Made by a program: the position numbers and the translations under genes. The notes beneath the pieces were generated by a model that saw only the letters and a program-made list of their open reading frames with translations, had not been told where the DNA came from and ran no database searches. Positions 43,160 to 62,680 of a stretch of 64,000 bases of DNA are shown here, piece by piece (the stretch's first letter is position 1; each line of letters opens with the position of its first letter). Source of the stretch: the human T2T-CHM13v2.0 reference genome, Homo sapiens; NCBI RefSeq assembly GCF_009914755.1, contig NC_060929.1. One strand, given 5' to 3'.

Positions 43160-44580
43160 AATTCATCTAACCAACAGGTATTGGGCACTCAGCACTCCAA
43201 AGAGCACCAACAGTAGAGAAGCGAACAAAGCACACACTTATCCCTGGAGATTATACTGTTGCAGGCCACACAGACATTTAGCTACCATTGTAATAAGGGA
43301 TCTGAGGGAAACCATGGTCTTCGATGGAGGAAACATCTGATGGAATCAAGGAACTCACAGAGGGACTTGAGAACTCAGCTCTGAAGGATGAGCAGGAATT
43401 AACAAGAGGAGAGGTGAGAGTGGGGAGAGGGTAATTCCAGATAAATGGAGTCCGGCAAGTTGGGAGAACTGAATGTCAACCAGGGAGACTGAAGCACAGA
43501 GACAGAAAGGGTGAGAATACAGAGATGAGGCTGGTGAGGCTGAGTCAGATCGTGTGGGGTCTTAAGCCATATTAAAGTTCTGGAATTTATCTTGAAGGCA
43601 ATGGAATGCCACTGGGTTTTAAGCAGGAGAGCAAAAGTCAAATTTCCATTAAAAACAATCTCACTCAGCTGAAGCATACAGAATGAATGAGAACAGAGCT
43701 TCCCAAAAACGTCCTATGAGTCATGAATGGGTAACAGATGTGCCCAGGATATTGATCCCTCAGTCCCTGGAGTGGCTGGGTGGTCCAGGGCAGCCAAAAC
43801 CCCCCTGAGCAGTTGCCTCCAGCTTTGAGCACCTTTGTCCGGTTACCCCAGTGAATTGTGCAAATACAATTTTCTGAGAGCTGTACTGTTAAAAAAAAAA
43901 AAAAAAAGCCTGGGAAGCACTGGATTAGAGAATACACGCGTGAATGTTGGAAACCTATTAGGAGGCCACTGCAATCGTCTTGGAAAGAGATGACAGTATC
44001 TTAGTGGTGACAATGGAGATGAAGAAGAGCAGATAGATTTCTGAAATATTCAGGAGGAAAATCAACAAGAGGACTTCACCACTCCCTTCATCATAACCTT
44101 CATTAGACATCAGAAGCTGAGGAGGAAGATGTCAGGAATGACTCCCAGGATGCCCAGTTGGGGCTTGCATACTGGCTTGAGGGTGCTGCCTTTCACTGAG
44201 AGAAGAAATGCAGGAGGAGGACCTGGTTTGGAAGGGAAGATTCTGAGCTTCGTTTTGGGTTTAAGGTACCTGTGAGACATCCAAATGAGATGTGAAAAAC
44301 TAGATTGGCTCTGGAGTTCATGGAAGAAATCTGGGCTAGAGATATAATTTTGCATAGACGTGGTACTTGAAGTCGTGAGAATGGATGAAATTCCTAGGTA
44401 AAGAACATACAATAAGAGGACTTAGCCTTCAAGAAATTCAACATTTTAAGTCTGGAATGAAGAGCAGGAACCAGTAAATAAAACTAAAAAGGAGGGAAAT
44501 GTGTGTCATAGAAACCAAAAGGAGAGTAGTTCAGGAAAAAGAATGAGGTCACTAAAAATCATTGGATATGTTCAAATAGG
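43160..44580 (-). mobile_element. Fragmented L2, opposite orientation
   Basis: GGCAATGGAATGCCACTG, GTCAGGAATGACTCCCAGG, CCTGTGAGACATCCAAATG. Confidence 0.7.
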
Positions 44581-45311
44581 AAGAGTGACAACACGTCAGA
44601 AATGGTTGGGGGCTAGAAAGGGGAGCGCTACATCAAGTGGCCTGTAGGATATCTTACAACTTTAAAAAGTTGAGACCTGACCCTAACTCCATGAAGGAAA
44701 GCTAGCAGACATTTTAACTGTTACAGATGAGCCTCAAGAACATGTAATGCAGTGTCAGGACAAATAACGTTAACTCCTATCTTCAATGAGACATTGGGTT
44801 TTGTGTAGGTCCAACACAAGGGTTGTAGAAGCATCAATATAATTATGCCCAAGGAAACGATTACAGTTTCCCAATATACATTACTTTTCTTCTGTTTTGC
44901 CAACATCAAAAAGTCAAGTGCTCTTCAATAAGACGGACTAGAGGAACTGTTAAAACCCTACAAGTCTTCCAAATGAGCAAAAACAACAACAAAAAACAGT
45001 AAGTGCCAATATTTCAGTTTGTCCTCAGTTTGTCCCATTCTTACAGGAGCAAGAGATCAAATCAACAGTGTTTACAGTGGAGTTTGGCCTGTAGGCATGG
45101 TAAAGGGGTAGGTGAATAAGGGTGTGCCTGCTGAGAGAGGAAGTAAGGGTGACACCTTGCATTCTTGGAAGTGGAGGTGTAACTGACGCAACTGTGGGGT
45201 AAGATTAACATGCAGGTGTGTGTGGCTAGAGCCTAAAGTCAATCCTGATCCTGCTGTCTGCTCCAAGCAATTCCTATTTTCTTTCAGCTCCAGAATTCCT
45301 ATTTTCTTTCA

Positions 45312-46255
<944 letters not shown>

Positions 46256-46320
46256 AAAAAATATATATATCTCCTTTTATTCTCAAAATGCTGCACCACA
46301 AGGGGAGAAGACAGGACACG

Positions 46321-46622
46321 GGCCGGGCACAGTGGCTCATGCCTGTAATTCCAGCACTTTGGGAGGCCGAGGCAGGTAGATCACTTGAGGTCAGGAGCTG
46401 GAGACCAGCCTGGCCAACATGGTGAAACCCCGTCTCTACTAAAAATACAAAAATTAGCTGGGCCTGATGGTGCACAACTGTAATCCCAGCTACTCAGGAG
46501 GCTAAGGCAGGTGAATCGCTTGAACTCAGGAGGCGGAAGTTACAATGAGCCGAGATCACACCACTGCACTCCAGCCTGGATGACACAGTAAGACTCCATC
46601 TCAAAAAAAAAAAAAAAAAAAA
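46321..46622 (+). mobile_element. AluS
   Basis: Full Alu with A-tail. Confidence 0.92.
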
Positions 46623-49013
46623 GAAAGGATATTTTAAAAAAAGACAGGACATTAAATCTCTGTGTCTGAAAACAGGCATGGAAAGTAATGATTTTCACCA
46701 GCAAATCAGTCTGTACTCCACCCAAAAATTTACACATACAAACGGGTTGGGGTAAAATAAACTGCCATATTAATTGTTAAAAATTAACTTTAATGCTGTA
46801 AGCAAAAGCACTAAGCATTTAATGAGTTAATAAGGTACTGTAGTAGAGCCAATGGACAAACAAGAGTAAACTTCTATGTGATCATATCACTACTTTCCAA
46901 TCAAGTAACAAATGTACACAACTAAAAAAATAGAGATACGGCAACCGGAAACCCATAAAAGGACCGGGAGACAGTGAAAACAAGCAAGAGCTCAAAGCCA
47001 CGGCAGGCACAGCTACATGACTCATAGGCACCTCCTCGGCTGATTTGTATGGGTCAGCAGAGGGCAGAACTGGAGGACTACAAATATACTACAATATCAA
47101 AGGGCTATTTATAAAGCTTTCCAAAAACCTTGGCTGTCTTTTCACTAAGGAAGAGAAAAGGAAATTCATAGTGACACCTGTCAATATCACCCAAGAAAAT
47201 GCTGTCCTCCAACTCAAAGTTAAACTTCTAGGTAAGACAAGCAACCCAGGATCTTTGCTCATAGCTCTCGGTGTTCTGAGGGGTATTGAGAGGTCAGGTC
47301 CACATCACCCAGTGACACTTCTCCATCCAGGGTGATGCAGGGCTCAGATCATGATGAAATCACTCTACAGAACAAACGTCACAGCCGCCCAGCTGCCACT
47401 TGTCCCCAACTCCACACCCACTAAGTTACCATAGAACTGGGGTAAACAGAGAGAATTTAATATGCTAATAGCTCTGATCTAATAGCTGACATAACACCAA
47501 TTAAATTTTTAATGACACTGGAGTAATAAAAGAGCCCTTGGCATACTTCTCTTTGCAAACATGACTCAAAGGGTGGTTTTCCTTTTGCCCTTGCTTCAAT
47601 TTCCAGATGCCAGGCCACTTAGAAGCCACTTATCTCTTTACTCAGAGCTGGTATTCGGGGGTTATCATTTTATAAGAAAAGGACCACAAATTTTAGAATG
47701 CCTACCTACTCAGAGTATCCAACTACAGCATAAGGAATCCCCATTTCTTTCAGAGTAAAAGTGAATGGTAAAGGGTTTGGAGTCTAGAATCTGGAATCCC
47801 AGGTTACCACTCTGATGTCCCTCTCTTTCCCTGACTGATTCTGGTTCTGGCTCCATGAAGAACACGTGACCTCCATTTCTAAATCATGGGCAGAAGCCAC
47901 CAAGTTCATGAGATGGCTTCACACAGAATCCATGGCTATTAGAAAATAAGAGCAGCAGATCAAACTGACCTGCTGGCACTCGACTGTTGAGTCCACTGAC
48001 CAGCCCTACCAATGGCAATGTTTGTGCTTCATATGGAATGAAAAAAACAAGTTGTTGAAAGATATAAACAACACGGTGTTACCTATTGAATACAGGATGT
48101 ATATCAAACACGGAATGAAAAGATACGGACCAAATCCTTGATAGCTGTTGCTTCTGGTGAATGGGAATGAGACTGGGGAAGGTGTGGGAGGGAACACAGA
48201 TGACCTCAATTTCATTAGCATCATTTGTGTAAAAAAAAAAACCAAAAAGGTAAATATTACAAAATGCTACCATTTGTTAATTCTGAATGATAAATGCACA
48301 GGTGTTTGTTAAATTAGCTTTCATACATTATTTTCCAAATTAAAAAAAAAACACCTTTTATCTTATAAGTACTTGCTGGCAATATGCTCAATCAGTAAAC
48401 AGCTGATAAGCATCCACCAGAGGCAAATAATAAAATCCCGCATTAAGTATTTACTGTGTCAGGCACAGTGCTAAGTGATCTGTATTATGTTACAAGGCAG
48501 GTACTTTTCATAAGGGATAAATGTTTATCCTCACCTCCAGCTTTAATTAGTTATAGTCCCGGCCTCCTCCATCTAGTCCAGGGAAGACTGGTGGCTTTTC
48601 TGATGGGCTTGTTTGGAAGAACAAAGGGGCTCGGCCCCTTCTGCTCTGCCAGAAGCTGCTTGCTTGCAGAAGGCTCTTGTAAGTTTAACAGACAGACTCT
48701 GCCTGCCTCTGCAGAGAAAGACCTGTGGTTGTCCCACACTTATAGAGATTTGCAGGGTAAGTTCATCTATCTGTATGCCTAAATCTGGATCAATATTAAA
48801 AACCCATGACTGCTGCATACCAAAGCCACATCCTTCAACCTAATCTTTACTAATATTAAAGGTAAAATATATAAAAAGATGGAATTTTTATATCCATCTG
48901 TCTTTCAATTGGTTCCACTCTTGGGCCAGAAATAAAAGTTACTTATTGTCTCCCTTCATCCTAACACTTGCTTTTGCCATTTTACGGACGAGTGTATTTA
49001 GGCTTAAAAACAC

Positions 49014-49757
<744 letters not shown>

Positions 49758-49987
49758 CACTAAGTATGTCATTTATCCAAGATGATATTAAGTGGCAGTC
49801 AGGGTTCAAATTCATATTCATCTAATTCCAGAGTTCATATTCTTAATTACTATGCCAAGGCATTATGCTATGCATATCAGAGCAAAGACAAGCAGTATCT
49901 TTTACTTGCTAAGAATCTTAAAGATGAACTTAAAAAATATTCTAAGGGTTGAAGCTTTTCTTAGTATATATTTGAATCTCACAGAGG

Positions 49988-50292
49988 GGACTAGGCATGG
50001 TGGGTCATGCCTGTAATCCCAACACTTTGGGAGGCTGAAGTGGGAGGACTGCTCAAGGCCAAGTTTGAGACCAGCCTGGGCAACATAGGGAGACCCTGTC
50101 TTTACAAAAAAAAAAACACAGAATTAATTATCTGAGCATGGTAGCCTGTGCCTATAGTCTCAGCTACTGAGGAGACTGAAGTAGGAGGAACACCTGAGCC
50201 CAGGAGTTCCAGGCTGCACTGAGCTATGATCACGCCACTGCACTCCAGCCTGGGTGACAAAGCAAAAGCTCATCTCCAAAAAATAAAATAAA
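49988..50292 (+). mobile_element. AluJ-like
   Basis: Degenerate dimeric Alu. Confidence 0.88.
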
Positions 50293-52346
50293 ATTTAAAA
50301 TTCATTTTAAAGAGGGTAGCAATGTGTGTGTACATAATATGTGAGTATATATAGGGAACAGTAAAGGTATTAACATAAAATCCTCTTAGGGACTTTTTAA
50401 CCTTCAAAACTAGTTCAAAACTCGCAGGCATCTTTGCTTCTGCCCATGTTAGTACCCACCTCCCTCAAATTTTACTCAGGATTCCACAGATCCATGGCAG
50501 ACCTTTTATCTGCTATACTTTAAAAGGACTGTGTTCGGGCATCCCCTCCCTGCAGTGTTGTCCACATACAGAGCACTTGCGACTCAGGTCTAACAGAACT
50601 GACCACTTCTGCTGCCAGCCTCTGCTTGGACAGCCCATGAAAAAGCAGTCCCCTTACCACCAAGGGAGTTGAGAGCAACCCTTCAGCCTGGCCCTGTATC
50701 AGCAGAGGGTTGCCCATGTGGGTATTCACTTGGTTATTTGGACTCAAAATGGACGCCGTCCACACCTCTGTGGTCCTGCTACAGTGACCCAGGGCTCAGT
50801 CCACAAACCCTGTCCCTTCTCCAGCTATACTTTTCCCTTAGTTGACCCAAGCTAGTTCTATGACTTGAAACGCCATCTATAAACTGGCAATTTGTAGACA
50901 ATTCTCCATTTTATTTCGCTAGTCCAGAGTTCCAGATTCATATATCCAACTGTCTATTCAACATCTCTACTTGGGTGTCTAATAGTAATCTCAAAGGTAA
51001 AGGCCCAAACCAAACTTTCAGTTTCCTTTTAAAATTAGTTTTGGGGGAAAAAAAAATTTAGTTTCAAAACTTGAAAACTGACTAGGAAACATTGATCTAT
51101 GAATAAGCAGTAGCACATTTGTTCCTATAAACCTGCAGCAGGACCTGGAATGTCTGCAGCAGGACGATCCCTCTGTGGAGCCCAGGACATACGGAATGCT
51201 GAGTAGAAACCACACTGAATGAATAGCATTGGGACTTAGAACAGCTACTTGCACAGAACAAGCAGTACTTAGAAAAAGTGAGTAGAAGCAATGCTAATTT
51301 CATTCACTTTAATTCCTTTCCCTTAGATCTTTCCAGCCTCACTTCCCACTCACTCACTTCCCAATGGAGGGTTACACCACTGCAACCACCACTCCACTTC
51401 CAGACTTTTGTCCACACTATTCCTTGATTTGAAATGCCCTCTCCTCTGCCCTAGCCCCACCTAGCAAACTTCTAGCTGACCTTCAAAGCCCAGGTGAAAT
51501 GCCCGCCCCTCTCCCATGAACCCATTCCAGATCTCTTGTGGAGAATGAGTGACATATGGGGAAGGAAGAGGAAGAAGACAGGGAGGATTTGGGCCTTAAT
51601 CACAGGCCCAAAACTTCAGTTTTTCCAACTCTCTTCTTTTACTCCTATACCCAGTCACCTTGGTTCTACCTTAAAATACATCCAGAGTCTGATCACCTCC
51701 ACTGTCACCATCCTGGTCCAACCTACCATCATCTCTCACCTGGATAATGCAGCAGCCTATCATTAAACTAGGGAGTAACACTGGTTTGTGACTTGAGAAA
51801 TATCTAAAAGCAGGCATTTCAAAGCCTGCAATGTCTAACTGCTCAGATCCCAAAGCTATGGGTAAATACGTCGATCTTCACTAATGTATGCTTTCCCAAG
51901 ATATTTGCATGGCACCTCCCCACAACAAACCCCCAGGATCTCTAATAAAAACAATCCTTTTTTACCTGTGGTATTAAAGTAATCAGGTTTAGACACCCAC
52001 CCCCTTCCCCAAAATAAGAACTGCAAAGGAAAGGGTTTTGGATGAGATTTCAGACTACGAAAATCAATAAACTTCAGAATACAAAAATCAATAAGCCCTC
52101 AGGTGAGTCAACACAGAATGTGGAACACACACACACACCTAAAAATTTGCTCCTAGTTTTCACACATTCCACCACTAGAAAACTGTACACAGCAAGGGAT
52201 AGGAAAGGCATTTAAATCATTCCTTCAGTGATCATCAACAGCTTTACAAGCAAGTACTAGACTGCTGTCTCTATAGAGAGCTGCTTCTATTATTATGAAG
52301 AAGTTAAGGCACAGAGAGGACAAGAGTCAAATCAAAGCAGAGCTTT

Positions 52347-52638
52347 ATGCTGCAGTGTGGGTTACAGTTACATGCAGGTGTACTGGAATCACACATGCTG
52401 CGGTGTGGGTTAAAGTTAAATGCAGGTGTACTGGAATCACACATGCTGCAGTGTGGGTTAAAGTTAAATGCAGGTGTACTGGAATCACACTTGCTGCGGT
52501 GCGGGTTACAGTTACATGCAGGTGTACTGGAATCACACATGCTGCGGTGTAGGTTACAGTTACATGCAGGTGCACTGGAATCACACATGCTGCGGTGTGG
52601 GTTACAGTTAAATGCAGGTGCATTGGAATCACACATGC
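52347..52638. repeat. Minisatellite, 6 copies of a 48-bp unit
   Basis: Unit ATGCTGCGGTGTGGGTTAMAGTTAMATGCAGGTGTACTGGAATCACAC, starting at 52347, 52395, 52443, 52491, 52539 and 52587. Confidence 0.95.
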
Positions 52639-53801
52639 GGTTATATTTTATCAAACCACCTGACTCTGAACACTGAGTTAGGGGAGAATAGTAAATAGAA
52701 AGATTCTTATTCACACACTAACTCCCCCACTTCTAACCACCACACTCACTCTCCCTCTCTTAAAAGCTAAATGCACATTTCCATTGTCAAAAGCCACATT
52801 TAAAGATCGGCAGAAGACCACAGTTGCCTGGTTAATCTCTAGCACAACCGCTGAATCCGAGCATGCTCTTTCAGCCCCCAGGCTCTGGCTCCACACTAAG
52901 GGAATGTGGGTACCTGAGCCCTGTGGGGTTTGAGAAAAGGGAGAGCTCAAACAATGCTCTCATGAGCACTTTAAACAAAAAATCCATTCAATGAGAATGG
53001 CACCATGTTCTTTTTGCCCTTTCTCCCCAGGAACTAAATTAAACAGATTACAGACAGTAGCCAGGGCTGGCCTTAGAACCACCTCCCGCTTATTTGTTAT
53101 TTTTAGCAATTCAGTCCGACAACGCCCGACAACTAAACAGGCCTAGAATAGCTAAAGGGACGGGGGATTATCAAATACTACCAGCAAAAAAAAAAAACGC
53201 TAGTCATCACTTCCTCCAACCCTAAGAAAGAATCATTTTCCGTGTCTTTATAGCATCACAGAGTTTGAGCCTTTAGAGTTTCATATAAAAACAGACTATG
53301 TATAAAACATCAGTGGAAACTGATAACGTTTCCTGACCTGGAAGTATTGTTCCACCCCTACATGTGTTTTCTTAAAAACAAAAGCAGAGTCAAACGAACT
53401 AAATTGTTTTACACAAAGGTTAGGAATACAATGCATCTGTGTCCATTCTGGAAAAACTTCCTCACAAGATGACTATGTAACCAAAAGAATAGCTTCGTGA
53501 ATAGTGATGGAATTCAAATATTTCGATTATGCTGGCAGCAGATAAGAGACTGAAAGCAAGACAAAGTGAGCTGGGAGAAACCTCAAATTAGACATAATTA
53601 GCAAAACAGCATTGTCCCTAGTCATTCTATTTATAAATGAAGTAATATGCAAAAATCATTTGAAAAATGAATAAAACGGTAAGATAAAAATGGTAAAAGC
53701 CCTATGAAAATGGTGTAACTGTTTGCATCAGCAGATAAACTAAAATTCACAAAAAAGTTATTAAAATAAATAAGATACAATTCATTAAAAAGTTCATAAA
53801 C

Positions 53802-54097
53802 GGGATGGGCACAGTGGCTCACACCTGTAATCCCAGCACTTTGGGAGGCCAAGGTGGACCGCTTGAGGCCAGGAGTTCAAGATCAGCCTGGCCAACGTGG
53901 TGAAACCCCATCTCTACTAAAATACAAAAATTAGCCGGTTATGGTGGCGCACCCTGTAATCCCAGCTACTCGGGAGGCTGAGGCAGGAAATCTTTTGAAT
54001 CTGGGAGTCAGAGGCTGCAGTGAGCCAAGACTGCACCACTGCACTCCAGCCTGGGTGACAGAGTAAGACTCCATCTCAACAACAACAACAAAAAAAA
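53802..54097 (+). mobile_element. Alu (S-like)
   Basis: Full Alu, TSD AAAAAGTTCATAAA. Confidence 0.9.
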
Positions 54098-54415
54098 GTT
54101 CATAAATACTCAAGGAATCTAAACACAGGAACATGCATGCTACTATTCTAAGTATCATATATTTTATAAGACAGGATAAAGCACTATAAATGAATAAAGT
54201 GATGTCTTCCTGGGTATGTCAATTACATATGTGGAGTTAAACTATTCAGCTCTATCTGAAAATATATTTCTAAAACAAGGTGATGCCTAATGTAGTTTAC
54301 CTTTAAGCCATTACATGGACATCTCTGTGATTTAAATGACTGCAAAGATATCAAAGGAGATGCCATCACCTTGAATTACATTTTAGATATAGGTAGACAA
54401 CTAGCTTCATTTTAG

Positions 54416-54748
<333 letters not shown>

Positions 54749-54751
54749 TAA

Positions 54752-55052
<301 letters not shown>

Positions 55053-56052
55053 TTAACTTTTTAAATTAAGACAATGATCTGGACAAAGGAAATTGTTTTT
55101 GTTTTGTTTTGCTTTCCTCCATCTTTTCATTTTAAGGGGGCATTTTTGTTCCTAAAATGGAAACTCAGAAAAAGACCAAGGTTATAACAATAAACTTAAT
55201 AGAAGTGACTGGAGTGACCCTAGAGATCTTCTAATCCAATATTCTCATTTTATGTGAGGAAACTGAGGCTTAGCGTACAGCAAGAGTTAGAATGAAGAAC
55301 TCCTAAATTAACATAAGGCTTTTAAAATTAGGAATTTAGGGTAATGAACGCTCTGTTGTAAATCTAGTAGACTTGGAAATTTCTATTTATGGCTGAAATG
55401 TCAACCTTTCTTTGGATCTTTTTCTGAGCTGATGTGTAGCATGCTTATTAATAAAGGTGTGGCCTTCCCCACATGAAGTATTGAACTTGCTTTTTATGGC
55501 TAGTATCTATTACCTCAGGTTGGAGGACACCTGTGATGTAAGAACAGAAACTGATCAGAGTAAGAATCTAGGATAAGGATTCTTGGCAAGGAAGTATGTA
55601 ATGACATGAAAGAAAATCCAAAGTCTAACTCATTAAAAGAAATCATTCTCTAGGCAGCCTGAAAATGATTTGAGGAATCCAGGCATGGGAGGGTGGAGAC
55701 TAAGGACATATGGTTAGACAGAGAAGAGTATAGACCATATAAAGCATGTAACAATGAAGGCTGAGGTCAACAACTCCCTAAAGCATTCAAAGGGATAGTT
55801 GGGTATGGGGACAGATAAGTATTCCAAGGAGAGCAACAAGGCACCCAATGTATCCAAGAAGAAAATAATAACTGAAACAAGATGCAAAAAGCTGAACTCT
55901 GGGCTAATTGGAATGCAAATCCAATTATCTTAAGTCTCTTATCTTAATCATAAAATGAAGATGCGCCACCAGGAAACAGATCAAATCAAGGGTATATCAA
56001 TGTGTGTGTTAAATATCTGTAATATATATTTCAAGATAAATAAGGAAGGCTA

Positions 56053-56388
<336 letters not shown>

Positions 56389-57339
56389 TTACATCTAAGT
56401 TCTCATTGGATCTACAATACTTCTATGAAGGAAATAAAATGCATCACAGATGCTTTATATTTGGGCAAATTTTAGCACTTGGATCATAACATATACAATG
56501 AACAAGGCATTGACAATATTAATAAGAAAAAATGCTCAAACAGAAAAAGAGCATATATGGTGGGCTTTTTCAGACCTATACCAACTCTTCTCTGAAAGCC
56601 ACAAAGGAGGATTCTGCAGCTACATTAAGCCCTAAGACATCAGGACATAGAGACTATATATATAGTTCATGATAAACTCTGGGGTTTCCAACCAGCAGGC
56701 TCTCTTAGACTGAAGTCCTAAATAACCGAAAACTATTTTAAAACAAACATACATTTTTATAAATGTTAAGAATGCAAATGAGCTCTATAAAGAGATAAGT
56801 ACTCATGTTTGAAATCCCAATATATGCACAATAAGAGAAATCACTTCACCCAAGACTCTCCAAGTCAAAACAACGTAGGAAAGAGATTAATTTTACATCT
56901 TGCATTGATTTCTAAGATAAAAATTTTAAAAAGACATCCATAAGTGTCTAGCTATCTAGCTACTATGGAAAGTAGGAAATCATCAAGCTAATTTTAATCA
57001 TCAGGAGTGTAAACGTTTTATACTTCTTCCCAGGATGCAAGCTCTCCTGGAGTGTGGGTGGAGGGTGGTTTCTGAAAATTATCTTAGCAAGATGCTAAGA
57101 TAAACTGTAAAAATACTCCATGAGAATACCTTCACTTGTTAAGAATAAAAATGGACTGTCTAGATAGATAAATTGTGGTACTTCTATATGACGGGATACT
57201 ATGCAGCAATGAAATGAACAACTCACAATCTCAAGAGATAAAACAGATATACTTCACAAACACAACGTGGAGAGAAAGAAGTGAGGCAAAAAAATAGTGA
57301 TTTTGTTCATGTAAAGTTCAGAAACAAGCTAAACTAAAT

Positions 57340-58095
<756 letters not shown>

Positions 58096-58409
58096 GTAAA
58101 ACTGTATTTTTGAAAAAGGAAATAATTATCACAAAAGTTAGGGAAGTAGTTACTTGATGGGAGAGGCAGGCAGGGATGGCACATGATTAGGCAGTGATAA
58201 ACAACAAGGAGGGTTCTGGTTTCCTGACAACATTTGATTTACTGGCCTGGATAACTGACGTGTTTGCTTTATAATGATTAAGCTATAAATGTTATTTAAC
58301 ACATTTCTTAAATGCTACATTTCAATAAAAAATTAATGACTAAATTTTTAATGGATTATAAACTTAGAGCTATGCAAGCAGATGAACTGCTGGGCATATG
58401 TCTTGTTTA

Positions 58410-58799
<390 letters not shown>

Positions 58800-60165
58800 T
58801 CAAAAATGCAGTACTTAGGGCAAAACTGGACATCCATCCAAGTGCCTACCAGTCACCACCCATGCGATGGAAAAAATGATTCTCAACAGGCAGAGTAAAA
58901 TTTCCTCAATCATGGGAATCCCTCCAAAGCATGTTCTCATCAGAGTATCAAACCTAAGCCAACTGCAGAGTGTCACAGGCACCTCCTATCCTGTTCTCTC
59001 GCCGCCATTCTTCCTATTTATTTCAGGAACCACTGTCTGACCAAAACTGTCATTTTTGTGGAAGAGTTGGGACTTTAAACGTCAAGACTTTAACAGTTTT
59101 TTTTTTTTACATATGATATGGGCTGGGGAGTTATTTCAACAGCCCTGGGATTGCAACATTCTGCATCAGAAGTGGCGCTAAGCACGCCAGACTGTCCTAG
59201 GTTTCCTTATTCTTATTCTGTTATTGCTGAGCTAACCAGGGTGGTGAAAGGGGTGGTAACCATGTTGGAGACAGAGGGGAAGGAAGCTGGTTAACCTGTA
59301 TATGCATGTGCCTAAAATATAACAGACTTTAGGTTGAAGGCTGACTTTAGGTTGAAGCAGTAACTGGCCTCCACCTGGAACAAAAAAAACATAAGGCAAT
59401 GGTGGCAAAAATGTGTTCAAATGTATCATTGAAAGTTTACATTTACCTCAAGGATTCCTAATAGTTGAGATTCAGAAGGTCAGGAGCTCATCTCTAGATC
59501 ATCTGAATGCTGACTTAAATTTTCCTAACTGCAAAAGAGGCCCATTAATTATTTCCTGCTTACCTCCAAAAAAGTTAGCAAAACCAGAGGATGAATTTCC
59601 CACTCTTTAGAAGATATAGATCTCAATCTATCAACAGTTTTAACTCAACTTTAAAACTGAATTTTGTCAAAAAAGACTTCTACTTTCTCTTAGTACCAAT
59701 GTTATACATTATAAAAAGAAAATTATTTTACAAAGACAAATGAGACATGTCATAATTCCAAATCACAGTTGTAATCATGCTATTTTCTAAAATTATGCTT
59801 GGGTACTTTTCAAATAACAACAAATACTGTATTAGGTATTATGCACTCAGTACCTTCTTTAGAAAGTTATTATCAGTATTTTTTAAAAATAGAAAATTTC
59901 CTCAAAAAATGACAAAAATAACATGGTTACTCTATCATACTAAAGCCACGATTTTGTATTTTCTCGTAAATAGGATCAGCATCACTGGTCTACTAATCAC
60001 AGTTAGGATGTATTCTCTTCCAGAATTTGATCTATCACCTTTATAACGAAAGATTAAATCTACATAAACCGTGAGTCTGTTATGAAAATACTTCCCAATT
60101 AATCCCATTACAGTGATGATGGCCTGAAGAACAGTCTAACATAGGGGTATTAAAATGTAAAAAGA

Positions 60166-60448
<283 letters not shown>

Positions 60449-60533
60449 GTAAAAGGAAGTTCTTTTGTTTTCTTTATTCTTTGTACAATTCATAGGTTCA
60501 ACAAAGAAGTTCTAAGAAAAAAAAAGACAGTAA

Positions 60534-60905
<372 letters not shown>

Positions 60906-61454
60906 CTATCAAGATTAACATGAGGGCAAGTAGTACCCCCACCCCTGCCTATAAGAGACAAGGGCCAGTAGATGAGGCCACTTGGCTGGCTGATGACATA
61001 GGGCACAACATGACAAAGCTACAAAAAGCTAAACAAAGTCTAGGTAAGCTTTGCACTCATAAATAAGATCAGAAAAAAGAAATCAGGAGAGGGCAAGTAT
61101 AAAGAAACAGAAAGAACAAAGCTGGGTAAAAGGGAACCTAGCAAATACTAATGAAAATGGGGTATCAGGTTAGAGAACCTGAATCAGACCAGCACCTATG
61201 TCATGGAAAAGGTTTGTCCCTCCTGCCATCTACACAAACTGTGGGTAGAGGGTGGGGAAGCATACTCGGTGGGCCAAATCAGTAAAACAAGTTAACAGCT
61301 TTTATCAAAAACTGGAACTCTGACCCCAACCAATATGAACCTTACTCTTTCAGAGATGAAAACATGATAAATAGAAATAGCATGGCCTTTGTCTACAGAG
61401 TTGGGTATAAATTGTGCCTCCCCAACTTAATACAGGGTATCTCAGAAGAGAAAT

Positions 61455-61497
<43 letters not shown>
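61455..61497. repeat. (TGA)n/(GAT)n microsatellite, about 14 units
   Basis: Perfect trinucleotide run. Confidence 0.97.
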
Positions 61498-61825
61498 AAT
61501 TACAGAGGATTAAAATGAAGTAGATTAGACTGACAAGAAATACTAGGTCTAGAAGAAGAGACTGCAGATTTGAAAACAGGAGCAACACCAAGGACTTGGG
61601 GAAAATCATTTAGAGCTCTAAATCTGTATCAAGCTTCCAAAGTAATAGGAAACCATATTTATGATTTACTCAACTGGTGAGAGTTTATATTTCCAAATCC
61701 CTACAATGTGCTAAGAAACTAACAGAGTAACCAGAGAACACAAGAAAGAAGCAGCTAACTTAAGACTGAGGAATCAGAAAATGGTTCTCAGGAGAAGTAA
61801 TTCTATGCTAAGATCTGAAGGATTA

Positions 61826-62266
<441 letters not shown>

Positions 62267-62372
62267 CTAAAGCATACAGTATAACAGAAGGCAGAGGAAA
62301 TGAGAGGGATGAGAGAAATAAACAGAAATCATATCTTTAAAGGCCTTCAAGGTATGTTAAAAAGTTTGAACT

Positions 62373-62680
62373 GGTTGGGCACAGTGGCTCACTCACACCT
62401 ATAATCCTAGCACTTTGGGAGGCCAAGGCGGGCAGATCACCCGAGGTCAGGAGTTCGAGACCAGGCTGGCCAAAATGTTGAAACCCCGTCTCTACTAAAA
62501 ATACAAAAAAATTAGCTGGGCATAGTGGCACATGCCTGTAGTCCCAGCTACTCAGGAGGCTGAGGCAGGCAGGAGAATCACTTGTACCCAGGAGGTGGAG
62601 GTTGCAGTGAGCCAAGATCATGCCATTGCACTACAGCCTGGGCAACAAGATCAAAACTCCGTCTCAAAAAAAAAAAAAAA
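62373..62680 (+). mobile_element. AluS
   Basis: TSD AAAAAGTTTGAACT. Confidence 0.92.

Noticed and set aside
46630-48980. Repeat-poor intronic stretch as a hidden exon or ncRNA
   Set aside because: No convincing splice-site pair, reading frame or RNA-family motif was visible. Conservation data would be needed.
52347-52638. CRISPR-like array or repetitive protein gene
   Set aside because: The units are contiguous with no unique spacers, and the context is a eukaryotic intron. ORFs on both strands arise from the 48-bp period.
59160-59181. CTCF-like CAGAAGTGGCGCTA (and CCCCTGGTGGCA near 24339)
   Set aside because: Only partial matches to the core motif, as expected by chance.
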